From the IMG/VR virus record IMGVR_UViG_3300005577_000027, positions 67,452 to 131,451 of that record: 64,000 nt of DNA; one strand, written 5' to 3'. The DNA is from a virus. Its lineage: Duplodnaviria > Caudoviricetes. Under the pieces are notes generated by a model. That model made no database searches and had not been told where the DNA came from. It was given only the letters and a program-made list of their open reading frames with translations. The position numbers and the translations under genes are program-made. Positions 1 through 10,673 of this stretch are shown piece by piece (position 1 is the stretch's first letter; every line of letters starts with the position of its first letter).

Positions 1-152
1 AATTTTTTCAAAATACGCTTTTAAACATTCTCCAGCATATTCAGCTTGAGAAAATCCTAATGATGAAAGAGAGATTTCATGATCAGGTATAATTTTATGT
101 AAAGTAGAATCACAATTACTTTGAGATTCACCATGTCTTACTAATAATATTC

Positions 153-788
153 TCATTTTATCCAATCTATTCTATGTGCAGAACAAGTTCCATATTTTTT
201 AATGGCTTCTCTATGTTTATCAGTAGAATATCCATTATGAGAACTAAATTTATAGTCAGGAAATTTGCTATCTAATTCCCTCATTGCTGAAACTTGTACA
301 TTTTTAGCAATAATTGAAGCTGCAGCTACATTATAACTCAGTGCGTCAAATTTAGCTCTATATTCAATATTATAGAGATCATTATCATATGTGTCAAGAC
401 CGTCCAAAAATACTACTAAATCTTTTTTATTAATTTTCATTGAATTAGTTAATATATTCAATCCATTAATAAATTGAATTCGAAATAATTCATTCAAATT
501 TCTACCAGAATTTATTTGATTTACAGAGACTTGCATAACTAGATGTCTACTATTATTTCTAATAAAACTATCTAATTTAAATCGCTTTTCGTCATCTTTA
601 AAAATTTTAGATAATTTTTTACTATCATCTATTCCTGGATAAGATGATAAAGGATTAAATGAAACAAATCCTATATACATATTGCCAGCGATACAACCTC
701 TACCGACATCATCTACGCCGATAATTGTTTTACCTCTGGCAATATATTCTTCATCTATTTTACCAATTTCCGAATTATTTTTGGACAT
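153..788 (-). CDS. rnhB: Ribonuclease HII
   Basis: IIGVDDVGRG, DSKKL, LDG, AAASIIAK and HNGY motifs of RNase HII. Confidence 0.9.
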   Translation of the reverse strand: MSKNNSEIGKIDEEYIARGKTIIGVDDVGRGCIAGNMYIGFVSFNPLSSYPGIDDSKKLSKIFKDDEKRFKLDSFIRNNSRHLVMQVSVNQINSGRNLNELFRIQFINGLNILTNSMKINKKDLVVFLDGLDTYDNDLYNIEYRAKFDALSYNVAAASIIAKNVQVSAMRELDSKFPDYKFSSHNGYSTDKHREAIKKYGTCSAHRIDWIK

Positions 789-1093
789 TATAATTTAATA
801 GGATCTTTTGATATTAATTCTACTTCTATAGCATTTTTATTAGACATAGCGTACCAAAAAATATCTAAATCTTCCATTAGACGATTATAATTTGATTCAT
901 CTTCATTTAGAGGACTTTCTTTTTCTGCAGCCTCTAATAAAACTAGATAAAAGGATTTAATATCTTGCTGCGATAAATTTTCTCTGATATAATCCGACTT
1001 TTCATACCAAATATTACAATTTTTATCTTTTAAAAGAGTTGGAAGAATATTAAGAGGTTCACCTATTAATAATGAAGAATATTGTGAATTCAT
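788..1093 (-). CDS. Hypothetical protein
   Basis: 101-aa ORF abutting its neighbours in an operon. Confidence 0.6.
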   Translation of the reverse strand: MNSQYSSLLIGEPLNILPTLLKDKNCNIWYEKSDYIRENLSQQDIKSFYLVLLEAAEKESPLNEDESNYNRLMEDLDIFWYAMSNKNAIEVELISKDPIKL

Positions 1094-1546
1094 TTATTCT
1101 TCAAATCCCTGTCTTTTTAATTCACCAAGAATATCAGGACCTACCCAACCTGGAGGCTTTAATCGTTTTCCATCTTCAGGGCGAATTGGACCACCTATTT
1201 TTCTCATATTTGCGGCTTGAATTTCGGCTGCAATTCCCTCTCCATTAATACCAAATTCTAATCTAGCTCCTTCATTGACATAATCAATATCACCCAATGA
1301 ATCAGCAAATTTTTCCATATTTACATCTATTTCACATGAATCAACTATAAGATTCAAAATAAATTTAATAGAAAGTAATAAAAGACTAGGTATATTGTAT
1401 GTTGCTTCTAATAATTCAACAAATTCTTCAGCAATAAGTCTTAATCGTAACCTAACTCTGTTTTCCGATGGAACTTGAGGTTTATTTAAAATTGGTATGT
1501 CCATCGCCTCATGAAACGCTTTAACATTATTTCTTATATTCGTCAT
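1094..1546 (-). CDS. MazG/PRA-PH-like NTP pyrophosphohydrolase
   Basis: IAEEFVELLEA ... DSLGDIDYV all-alpha pyrophosphatase acidic motifs; ANMRK ... KPPGW. Confidence 0.8.
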   Translation of the reverse strand: MTNIRNNVKAFHEAMDIPILNKPQVPSENRVRLRLRLIAEEFVELLEATYNIPSLLLLSIKFILNLIVDSCEIDVNMEKFADSLGDIDYVNEGARLEFGINGEGIAAEIQAANMRKIGGPIRPEDGKRLKPPGWVGPDILGELKRQGFEE

Positions 1547-1555
1547 CTATCTCCT

Positions 1556-3082
1556 TTAGCTTGCCATTCGCTTTTTACCATGCAATTTAAAATACACACC
1601 ATCGACAATTCGTTTTCTAATTCTTTGTAAATAAACTAAACTACCAATTTCATAATGTGATTTAATTCTAAAATGTTTTACTGTGACAGGCGTATTATAT
1701 AATACTTCATCTGTCATATTTATTTGTGAAAAAGTATAATTTTTAACTTTGTCTTTTATGGAAAATCCAGTATTTTTGTCAACTACATCAATTAAAGATC
1801 CGATAAAGCATGGTCCATAATCTTTAAATGATGTTCCGCCTACATATGTTTCTATGGTTTTATTAGGTATAGAGTGATCGTACTGTACCTCTGTTTCAAA
1901 TTCAGATTTCCCTGAGAATAATTGTAATTGTGGATCTAATAAATCATAAACAGTATATTCTCCAAAATCTCTTTCAATAGTAAAAGGCAAAGATTCCTGC
2001 ATTAATTTCGCATATTCTTGAAATATACGGGATTGAATTGGAAATTCTGCTGCTTGTTTTCTATGAACTAAATAAGAGATCATTTCTTCAGGAAACTGCT
2101 CTAACATATTTTGATATGCTTGATACATAAGCAATTTTTGCATCATTGTACTAGAAGAATTTATTCTTTTTATTGATTTAACTTGTTCATCAATAACTGA
2201 AGTTAGCTGTTCAAATTCAATTTCTATAGTTTCATTAATTTCTAAATTAATATCTGCATCAATATTATCTGCTTTTATATTTAAACTATTTAAAAATACT
2301 GTGTTTGGTCTACGTATACTATTTGCGCTATTATTATCTTTATCTTCAAAATGCATCATAAGTCTTGTTGACATAGATACAGGATGAGCCATTATCTCTA
2401 ATTTCTCAATCTTAGAGAAGAAATCACAATCATCATATGGACAAGATATTCCGTGATTTGTCGCCAAAGATTCAGGAATAAATCTTTGACAATCGGTACA
2501 ACGATATCCTTTTTTAGAATGGATAGCAAATGTTTTATGAATTCTTAATCTAGATTCGAATAATGAAATATTTTGTTTATCTTGTATAGATAAATTTATT
2601 TTGTTTTTTAACAACAAAATTTCATTAGGAAGTCTATCTGATTCTTTATTACAATAATCACATTTTAATAATTTGCCTTCAGCAAATAAAAATGTTTTAA
2701 TACCAAGATGTTTACATCCAGGGCAAATAGGACAATTATATTTTTTTACGTTATCAACATCAGCTAAAATTCTATCAGACAATCTATTTAAACATGTATG
2801 TAAGTAACTATTTATATCTCTACCTGTTCTCCAATGTTCTGACTTGAATAAAAATGTATTTAAAGCTGATTTTAATTCAATTTTAGCTTGTTCCTTAAAA
2901 GCTAAAGAAGCTACTCCAGTTGCCCTAGCCGTTTCACCATATGATTTAATCGCTAAACTATGAATTTTATTATGATAATAAGAAAATAAAATGTCGGTCC
3001 AATCATCTAGCTCTTCAACAGTAATAGTTGAAGCTATTTTATTAAATTTTTCAATAACGCTTATGGAACTTTCGTCACTCAT
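1556..3082 (-). CDS. Cys-rich hypothetical protein, possibly sigma-factor-like N-terminus
   Basis: 508 aa with several CxxC pairs; N-terminal helices loosely resemble sigma70 region 2. Confidence 0.4.
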   Translation of the reverse strand: MSDESSISVIEKFNKIASTITVEELDDWTDILFSYYHNKIHSLAIKSYGETARATGVASLAFKEQAKIELKSALNTFLFKSEHWRTGRDINSYLHTCLNRLSDRILADVDNVKKYNCPICPGCKHLGIKTFLFAEGKLLKCDYCNKESDRLPNEILLLKNKINLSIQDKQNISLFESRLRIHKTFAIHSKKGYRCTDCQRFIPESLATNHGISCPYDDCDFFSKIEKLEIMAHPVSMSTRLMMHFEDKDNNSANSIRRPNTVFLNSLNIKADNIDADINLEINETIEIEFEQLTSVIDEQVKSIKRINSSSTMMQKLLMYQAYQNMLEQFPEEMISYLVHRKQAAEFPIQSRIFQEYAKLMQESLPFTIERDFGEYTVYDLLDPQLQLFSGKSEFETEVQYDHSIPNKTIETYVGGTSFKDYGPCFIGSLIDVVDKNTGFSIKDKVKNYTFSQINMTDEVLYNTPVTVKHFRIKSHYEIGSLVYLQRIRKRIVDGVYFKLHGKKRMAS

Positions 3083-3615
3083 TCGGCACCATCATTTTTG
3101 CAAAAGTATATCATACCAACTATTTAAAATTGGATAATATGTCTTGCTAAAGTTTTTAAACGTTTATTTTTGTGGAATTTTAAAGTGTTTCCACAATTAT
3201 TCACTTATTTAAGTCTAATGTTAGTTAGACTAACGAGAATTTTAAATTCTCGTTGCCACAGTCTCTCGAAAATTTTAAATTTTATGTTTTAAAACTTATA
3301 TGAACATATCTGTGGCTGATTGATCATCATCCTACTGACTTTTTGGCCACAGTCAAGTCTAAATCGAAGAAAGGTTGAGGCGAAATATGACTACATTTGC
3401 ATACTTGGCCCACCTTCATTATTAAATGATTTAACAAATAAATTGTCGAAAATTTAAAAAAAAATATTAAATTATCTAACTCTGACCACATAAACCGTTC
3501 CATAAAAACTTTTTCATAGAGAGCTCTAAAATTTTTCTAAAAATAGCAATATCTTTAGCCAAATCAGCATTTAAACGCAATGGAGAAACTCTTACTAATT
3601 TTTCTACTTCTGGAT

Positions 3616-3900
3616 TCATTTTATGATGACTTTCGCTTGTGTTTTCTTTAAATCATTGCCAAAATATATATCGTCTACATCTTTAACAACTATTTCAATA
3701 GATTGTTTTAGTTCTTTTGAAATTTCTCTGACGATATCTGGATATTGATCTTTGTAAAATTTAAACAATTCTACTTTATACATTCCTGTAAAGTCTTCTC
3801 TTTTTAGAAGAACATTTTGAATATTTCTTTTTAAATTTTCACATTTTGCTCCATTGCCGGAAGCAACTAATGCAGAATAACATTTTGGTATAGTTAACAT
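3616..3900 (-). CDS. Hypothetical protein
   Basis: 94-aa ORF directly downstream of a TTGACA-18-TAGAAT promoter. Confidence 0.55.
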   Translation of the reverse strand: MLTIPKCYSALVASGNGAKCENLKRNIQNVLLKREDFTGMYKVELFKFYKDQYPDIVREISKELKQSIEIVVKDVDDIYFGNDLKKTQAKVIIK

Positions 3901-3906
3901 ACTTAT

Positions 3907-3936
3907 ATTCTAACCACAAATATTATAAATTGTCAA
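3907..3936 (-). promoter_or_regulatory. sigma70-type promoter
   Basis: Minus strand TTGACA-N18-TAGAAT. Confidence 0.6.
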
Positions 3937-4328
3937 GAGGTAAAATTTAGTTTCTTTATAATTTTTTTACTTAAAGTTGGCACAGAATATTTAATTGAAA
4001 CTTCTGATCCTATAGTTATATTAAATTTATCCGCTGTACCTTCTGGTAATTCTATAACTAAATCCGTTGGTTCATCTGGTCCAATAAGATCAATAGAATA
4101 TGGTTTACCTTTTTGTATATCTATTACTTGACCACATCTACAAAATAATATATCTAATGGAACAATAGTATTTTGCATCCAGAACTTATGTATATCTAAT
4201 TTATCATATGGAAAACTCATAATAGGCGTTGGAGGTTTCTTCCACATTAATCCATTTGAATGTTCTTCTTCAGTTATTGCAATAAGAGTATCAAATACAT
4301 AATTTCCAATTTTTACTTTATCATTCAT
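3933..4328 (-). CDS. DUF192 family protein
   Basis: GLM ... FWMQNTIVPLDILF ... VIELPEG pattern. Confidence 0.85.
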   Translation of the reverse strand: MNDKVKIGNYVFDTLIAITEEEHSNGLMWKKPPTPIMSFPYDKLDIHKFWMQNTIVPLDILFCRCGQVIDIQKGKPYSIDLIGPDEPTDLVIELPEGTADKFNITIGSEVSIKYSVPTLSKKIIKKLNFTS

Positions 4329-5809
4329 TTTAATTTAGTTTTTAATAATTCAACTTCATTTTTGAAGTTTTTTAATCTATGTATCATTTCAGTTTTAATT
4401 AAATTAGTAGAAGGTTTACCATTTAATCTATTTTGTTCATAATTATCATTGTGAGTTTTAGCCAAATAATATAAATCATCAGCTGTTTCTGAAATTGCAT
4501 CAATAATATTATTAACTTTAGATATTAAAACATCTAAATTTTGTTCATTTTTTTCTAATAAATTTTGAAAATCATCTATTAAGTTAATTAAATTTGTTAT
4601 TTTTTTAGAACAATCTAATTTAATTCTATCCATCGAATCTGGTAAAATTTTTAGTTTCTGTCTATCAAGAAACCGTTTAAACGATTTTTTTGCTAATTTT
4701 TCAAAATCTAAAGAAATTGCAGAAGTTTTAGCAAGTAAAATATCATTTGCTTGACTTAATTGCTTTAAAAAAGAATCATTATTAACTTTTAATAATTTCG
4801 CCGATAATAATTTTAAATCATTATAAGAATTAATTGCATTATCGAAAGAACCTTCATTAGAAATAGAGATACTATCTAATAATTTTCTTAGAGCTTTTAC
4901 ACTAGATTCGAAAAATATTACATCTTTTTGATCTATTTTAAGTAGATTCATAATCTCAACTAATCGTCCACAATAAACAATATCTGATAAAATCTGCTTT
5001 ATATCTATTTTTTCTGAATTTTTACTCTCTGATTCTTCACGTATGTTAGGAAACTTTTCTGCGGAGTCAAATTCTCCTGATAATACAGATTCATCTTCAC
5101 GTCCTGATTCATTAACAGTTTCTTTGAAATTGTTTTTCGAACTGTTTTCGGCATGTTGAGTTTCATTTATTTTCTCTATTTCAATTATTTTTTTCAAATT
5201 TGAAATTAATAATTTATTAAATGACGATACAAATTTATCAAAATCATATACTGCATTTGGTGTTGCATTTATATCATTAGATACAATATCACCATCAATA
5301 ATTTTTAATTTTTTGATTAAATCAGTAGATATTTTTAATACTATCATTCTGATTTTAGTGGATTCATTTTTAGAAAGCCAATATTTAGGATTTAAATATT
5401 GATTTTTAGTATAAGTTAAAGCTCTACTTCCCCACCAAGAAGCTATTTTCATTATTTCTGGATCAAAATTTGCAGTTTGTTCTTTTAATCCTTTTTTTCT
5501 GTTTTCTGAATAATGATTCTGTTCTTCAATAATTTTATGAGCATCTGAAATGAGTCTATTATAACGATCTGCTAATTGATCTAAATAAGAACCAATTTCA
5601 TTTGGTACAGGATCTTTTATAGATCCTGGAGGTAATCCTACCTTAGGCTCACCTCTACCATTTAATCCACGTTTGAATGCTATTAGTTGAGCAATAAGTA
5701 AAGAAGCTTCATGATTCCATGTGTCTTTATGCTGTCTTAAAGCTTCTTGAACAGGATCATCAGACCTTTTCCTAGCTGTTATAATAAACTCATTCATACA
5801 ATCATGCAA
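4325..5809 (-). CDS. Hypothetical helical protein
   Basis: 494-aa ORF with no recognised catalytic motif. Confidence 0.6.
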   Translation of the reverse strand: MHDCMNEFIITARKRSDDPVQEALRQHKDTWNHEASLLIAQLIAFKRGLNGRGEPKVGLPPGSIKDPVPNEIGSYLDQLADRYNRLISDAHKIIEEQNHYSENRKKGLKEQTANFDPEIMKIASWWGSRALTYTKNQYLNPKYWLSKNESTKIRMIVLKISTDLIKKLKIIDGDIVSNDINATPNAVYDFDKFVSSFNKLLISNLKKIIEIEKINETQHAENSSKNNFKETVNESGREDESVLSGEFDSAEKFPNIREESESKNSEKIDIKQILSDIVYCGRLVEIMNLLKIDQKDVIFFESSVKALRKLLDSISISNEGSFDNAINSYNDLKLLSAKLLKVNNDSFLKQLSQANDILLAKTSAISLDFEKLAKKSFKRFLDRQKLKILPDSMDRIKLDCSKKITNLINLIDDFQNLLEKNEQNLDVLISKVNNIIDAISETADDLYYLAKTHNDNYEQNRLNGKPSTNLIKTEMIHRLKNFKNEVELLKTKLK

Positions 5810-5811
5810 AA

Positions 5812-6186
5812 TTATTGATTATTTAAATAAATTTTAGTTCCATCAAATTTAGACATGTTATATTCTTTATATATGGTTTTATAGCAAAATTTGCATGTAA
5901 TACAAATTCTATAAGAATTTCCATGTAATCTTGGTTTAATTAATGAATATACCTGTCTTGAAGATTTTGGAATAAAATAATTTACATTTTTTTTAATTGC
6001 ATTTATATTTCTTGAAACTGAACAATCAAGTTTATAGAATATTTTATCTGCAAAATAAAATGCAAGATCGTCAATTTCAATATATGTACTATCAGAATAT
6101 GGTTTAAAACACTCTGTACATTGATGACTAGAGAGATAAATTATTAGATTTTTTCTAATATTTTCCTCAATATCACTATACATCAA
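5812..6186 (-). CDS. Hypothetical Zn-binding protein
   Basis: CTEC and CKFC motifs. Confidence 0.5.
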   Translation of the reverse strand: MMYSDIEENIRKNLIIYLSSHQCTECFKPYSDSTYIEIDDLAFYFADKIFYKLDCSVSRNINAIKKNVNYFIPKSSRQVYSLIKPRLHGNSYRICITCKFCYKTIYKEYNMSKFDGTKIYLNNQ

Positions 6187-6851
6187 CTTTTACGTCTTCT
6201 ACCCATAACTTTCTTTGGAGTTGAAACAGTTTTTGTTTTTTTAATTAAACCATCAATCAAACCGTACTCTAATGCTTCTTGAGCTGTCATATAAAAATCA
6301 TCAGTTACATCGTTTTTAACTTTTTCGAAAGATTGGCCACTATGATCAGCAATAGTTTTTAAAATTTTATCATTTAATCGTTTAATCCTAGCAGATTCCT
6401 TGATAACTTCAGATGCTGGTTTATATTGTTCACCACCACCAATTTGAAGTTGGTGGATCATTATTTCAGCATTTTCAAAAGCATATCTCATGCCTTTTGT
6501 ACCAGCTCCTAAAATAACAGCAGCAGCAGAACAAGCTTGCCCCATACATACCGTCTTAATTGGTGCTTGTATTGACTGCATTGTATCATAAATGGTATAC
6601 AAACCATCTGTTACAGTACCACCAGGAGAATTTATATATATAGAAATTGGTTTTGTTTTACTTTGATGATCAAGAAATAATAAAGTTGCAGAAGTAGTGA
6701 CAGCTGTTTCACAATCAATACCTTCACTTCCAGATAAAAATACAATCCTATCTTTAATTAATCTTGAAAAGACATCATACAGAACCTCACCGTCTCGAGT
6801 TTTTTCATAAATCATGGGATGGATATTCCTAGTTTTACTGATTTTCTGCAT
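6183..6851 (-). CDS. clpP: Clp protease proteolytic subunit
   Basis: YDVFSRLIKDRIVFL, YINSPGG, catalytic Ser in GQACSAA, His in IMIHQ, EALEYGLID. Confidence 0.93.
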   Translation of the reverse strand: MQKISKTRNIHPMIYEKTRDGEVLYDVFSRLIKDRIVFLSGSEGIDCETAVTTSATLLFLDHQSKTKPISIYINSPGGTVTDGLYTIYDTMQSIQAPIKTVCMGQACSAAAVILGAGTKGMRYAFENAEIMIHQLQIGGGEQYKPASEVIKESARIKRLNDKILKTIADHSGQSFEKVKNDVTDDFYMTAQEALEYGLIDGLIKKTKTVSTPKKVMGRRRKS

Positions 6852-6969
6852 TGATTACTACTTTCTCTTGAATAGCAACCTCAATAATATGAGGTTGCAT
6901 GCCTATACATTTATCGTTTAATTAATTATATTAATTAATTTACTGAAAATAGTCAGTAAATTCAACAAC

Positions 6970-7347
6970 TTAAATCTTTTTACCAGAAAACATTTTCGCT
7001 TCTAATTCAGCTTTTTGTGCACAGAAAATACAAAATTGAGTATCTGGACAAGCTTCTAATCTCTTGATTGTAATAAATTCATCGCAATCTTCACAGTTTC
7101 CAAAAGTTCCATTATCAATTTTGGTTAATGCTATATTGATTTTAATCAATTTTTTAGCTTCTCTTTCTAAGATTTTTGAATCAACATTGTGTAAAATGGA
7201 AGCTTGGATTATATCCACTTCATCACCTTCTAAATCAATTTCAGAAGTTTCACAATTTTTTTTACATATATTTTCAATATCTTCTTTTTGTTTTAGAAAA
7301 AGGTTTTTGAAAAATTCAATTTGCTTATTAGTTAATTTTTTACTCAT
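6970..7347 (-). CDS. dksA: DksA/TraR C4 zinc-finger transcription factor
   Basis: Coiled coil with GDEVD tip, GTFGNCEDC ... RLEACP ... CIFC. Confidence 0.85.
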   Translation of the reverse strand: MSKKLTNKQIEFFKNLFLKQKEDIENICKKNCETSEIDLEGDEVDIIQASILHNVDSKILEREAKKLIKINIALTKIDNGTFGNCEDCDEFITIKRLEACPDTQFCIFCAQKAELEAKMFSGKKI

Positions 7348-7439
7348 TTTTATTAATTCCGTATAGTACCGGCCTTATATGCCGGAAATTACGGTAAATC
7401 TCGACAGAAATGTGCAAAAATATTAAATATAAACGAAAA

Positions 7440-7475
7440 AAATGCCTCCAGAATATTAATATTCTGGAGGCATTT
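7440..7475. terminator. Perfect palindromic hairpin, probable terminator
   Basis: AAATGCCTCCAGAATATT/AATATTCTGGAGGCATTT with an A-run on the left (U-tail on the minus strand). Confidence 0.75.
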
Positions 7476-7499
7476 AAATAAAAAATAAATGTATTGTTA

Positions 7500-8048
7500 T
7501 TATTCCGCAGCTATTTCAGAATTATGTTCAGAATTAGGGCTCAATTCCTTAATATTCTTTAATTCTGAAACGGCCTTAAATGCATCATTTGGTCGAGCTC
7601 TTTTCTTTTCACCAGGAAAAAGCTCATAACGAAATGTTACGCGTACATAATCAGTCCGCTCGATTCCATCTTCATCAATAAAATATCGTCCCAAAACTCG
7701 CCAATCTCCAAAATCAGCCTGAATTTTACGATTCGTCCAAGATACATTTTCTTCTGAAAATTTCGGACTTTCTCGTTTAGGTGAGGAAGTTTGAGTTAAA
7801 TTAGCATCAAAACACGGACCTTTAACAAATTTAAGATTTGGTTTAATATTAAATTTGCCTTCGAAAATTGCGCATGCTTCTAACCGCATGTCCTCTTTAG
7901 TGATGTTCTCACCACGAGTTACAGTAATTTTTTCTTGAATCAGCTGTCCGTTTTCATCAATGGCTGAAATAATAAAAAATACCTCACGGATTGCTCCTGG
8001 AGGACGACCACGCTTTTTAATTGCTACTGAATTATTCTCGTCTAACAT
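7500..8048 (-). CDS. AT-hook-containing protein
   Basis: KKRGRPP at the N-terminus. Confidence 0.55.
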   Translation of the reverse strand: MLDENNSVAIKKRGRPPGAIREVFFIISAIDENGQLIQEKITVTRGENITKEDMRLEACAIFEGKFNIKPNLKFVKGPCFDANLTQTSSPKRESPKFSEENVSWTNRKIQADFGDWRVLGRYFIDEDGIERTDYVRVTFRYELFPGEKKRARPNDAFKAVSELKNIKELSPNSEHNSEIAAE

Positions 8049-8145
8049 TTTATTTTACCTCTGATATGCCCGTGTATGGCTTAACGTCTAAATTAGATCA
8101 AGTCACATTATATGTCAAGCATGTTTCGAGTTTAAAAGTAGAATT

Positions 8146-8445
8146 TTAAGATTTTTCAAAATTTTTACGTTTTTTTTCAATTAAATCTAAAAACACACTA
8201 TGTGCCCGAAATACCAATTGCCTTGCTGGCACCGTTAAAACGTATGCTTTTTTAAATTTTGACCATATTTTTCTGGATTTTGATACTTTTTGACTAATCG
8301 TACCAAAATTATCAATGTAAATAGGTTTATTATTTATAATTTCTTCATATAAATATTGATTAATTATATTAAGAATATCATCTAATTGACGTGTTGAGAC
8401 TTTTTTATTTAATTTTTTCGCAATTTTCGGTATGAATTTATGCAT
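8146..8445 (-). CDS. HU/IHF-family DNA-binding protein
   Basis: IYIDNFGTI ... VPARQLVFRA arm, HU-sized. Confidence 0.7.
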   Translation of the reverse strand: MHKFIPKIAKKLNKKVSTRQLDDILNIINQYLYEEIINNKPIYIDNFGTISQKVSKSRKIWSKFKKAYVLTVPARQLVFRAHSVFLDLIEKKRKNFEKS

Positions 8446-8450
8446 TAATT

Positions 8451-8765
8451 TTACAAATATAAATTAGGATATTCATCCACTATATACATTTCTTTTTCAC
8501 AATCATAATCGGTTATCAGTATTCTTTCACCTTTTTTAATTTTTTCACGATAAGAATAACAAACTATATTTTGATTACAATTTTCATTTATTTTAAATGA
8601 AGCTATTCCATATAGTAACGTTATTTCCGTTTCAGCAATTCCAGCTGAACCTACATTTTTAAAACAATTTATTTGTTTTTTCTTTATTTTATTAAAGAAA
8701 AGTATATTATATAATATAGTTATTAACATACTACTTAATAACAACAGTATTAAAACACTAAACAT
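8451..8765 (-). CDS. Membrane-anchored NfeD-like OB-fold protein
   Basis: N-terminal TM helix; G..G.A ... IKKGERILITDY. Confidence 0.5.
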   Translation of the reverse strand: MFSVLILLLLSSMLITILYNILFFNKIKKKQINCFKNVGSAGIAETEITLLYGIASFKINENCNQNIVCYSYREKIKKGERILITDYDCEKEMYIVDEYPNLYL

Positions 8766-8770
8766 TAATA

Positions 8771-9277
8771 TTATGCAGTTTTATTATTTAATAATTGCGG
8801 ACGTTCATTCCATTTAGGACCTTTAATAATTTGACGTTCTTCATTACGAAGAATGATACCATTATCAGCTAATTCTTTAATACACAAAAAAGTATCAGAA
8901 GCATTTTCTATTCCAGAAACATGATTAGCAATTTCCCTAGTAGTAAATGGTGATTCAGAAGAATCAATATAATCACAAATTTTAATCATAACTTCATAAA
9001 AGAATGATTTAGTAATATCGCCGCCTTGGTTTAATATCACAGTATGATCATTTGTACGATTTTTACGAACAGATTCATGATTAAAATTTTTTAAAACCTG
9101 TTTTAAGTTTTTAAATCTAATTCTTAATTTATTGGCTTCTATTAATTTTTTATCTATAGAATCCATTTCTTTTCTAGCTTCATTACATATATCTTTTGTG
9201 GTTTTTATTCCACGATCAATGCATTCGGAAATATATTCGTTTACAAAATCATCATCATTTTTCATGAAAACCCTCAA
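8771..9277 (-). CDS. Coiled-coil plus winged-helix protein
   Basis: FTTREIANHV ... IKELADNGIILR wHTH-like C-terminus. Confidence 0.5.
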   Translation of the reverse strand: MRVFMKNDDDFVNEYISECIDRGIKTTKDICNEARKEMDSIDKKLIEANKLRIRFKNLKQVLKNFNHESVRKNRTNDHTVILNQGGDITKSFFYEVMIKICDYIDSSESPFTTREIANHVSGIENASDTFLCIKELADNGIILRNEERQIIKGPKWNERPQLLNNKTA

Positions 9278-9862
9278 AAATAGTTAAAAACTAACATTTA
9301 TTTAGTCGTTCGCGGCTCTCTATCTCGACTAATTCGAATTCTAGTTTTTCCAATTGTGCGAGTTCATGAATTTTAATTAAATTATCAATTTTAAGTTTTT
9401 TAAGCTTATTAATGTGAGCTTTAATAATTTCTGAATTTTTATACAAAAAAGGTGAAGAGCTCATTTTATTATTTTTTCATCTGTGACTGCAATAAAACTC
9501 TTGATAGTTCTTTTACTGCTAAATAAAGTTCAAATTTATCGGAATTTTCTGACAAATTATAAATTTTATTATTTATTTTAACAGTAACGGAATCCAATTC
9601 AGATCCTAGTTTACTTATTGTAACCATAATTTTTAATTTCCTTTATTTCTATTTCATAAATAAAATTAGCTTTTTTGGTTTTTATTTTATTCAGAGCGAT
9701 TTCCAAATCATTTAATATACATGTAGTATTTAATTCAGAAATTTCTAATAAGTCATCTATTAAAAAATCAGCCGGTGGACCTTGTGAATAATTTTCTCGC
9801 AAAGTAGCAATGGGCATTTTGGATGCAATATAAATTTTCATAAAAAAATCCTAGTTGCATCT

Positions 9863-9891
9863 ATTTTATCTCCGATTTTTTAATTTGTCAA
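9863..9891 (-). promoter_or_regulatory. sigma70-type promoter
   Basis: TTGACA-N17-TAAAAT upstream of ORF 9611..9841. Confidence 0.7.
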
Positions 9892-9894
9892 GCG

Positions 9895-10386
9895 TTACAT
9901 TTCTGCAAGTTCGACTAGATTATTATAATATTCTTCTGGACTATCTTTTTCCCAAAAACCACCAGAATCATTTAATTTTTCAATTCCAGCACAAGCTACA
10001 ATTTTGTCGTACATAGATATTTTATTCCAAGATCCTGGTGATTTGGATATTAAAAATATACTATATCCTAAACCATCTGTCAAATCTAATTTTATTCCAT
10101 AGAGAGGAAAATTATCCATTTTAAATAATGCAATATAGCTTATTTCATCTGCGTAATTCAAAGATGCAGCTGAAACATGTAATTTTGATTCTGAAATTTT
10201 CATTGAAGCAGAATAAATTGGATGTTTTTTAACTATATTTTCTTCATATTCTATTTTTATATTATAATTTGTTTTATATTTTTCTTTATATATTCCTATG
10301 GTATCATATATAATATTTTGTCCAAATCCAAAACTATATAAAATATATTGAACTAATTCTGTTGTTAATTGTTTTTGGATATTCAT
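9895..10386 (-). CDS. Hypothetical protein
   Basis: 163-aa ORF in operon. Confidence 0.55.
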   Translation of the reverse strand: MNIQKQLTTELVQYILYSFGFGQNIIYDTIGIYKEKYKTNYNIKIEYEENIVKKHPIYSASMKISESKLHVSAASLNYADEISYIALFKMDNFPLYGIKLDLTDGLGYSIFLISKSPGSWNKISMYDKIVACAGIEKLNDSGGFWEKDSPEEYYNNLVELAEM

Positions 10387-10673
10387 GCTAATATTCCGTG
10401 CACTTTATTATCATAAACTAAAGCATAAATTTGATAGTCTATTACTAATATATTTTCTTTTTTAAGAAGTTTTAACAAAAAAATAATTCTAGATTTTAAT
10501 GAATTATAATCATTATCTAATCCTTCATAATAATTATCAATTTGATTTAAATTTCTAATAAAACCATATTCTTTACATGTTTTAGTTAAAAAATCATATC
10601 TATTATCATTTTCATCAATGTTTTCTATGCTAATTTTTGATGTAAATTTAATTGGTTTATTCATTTTTATTTA

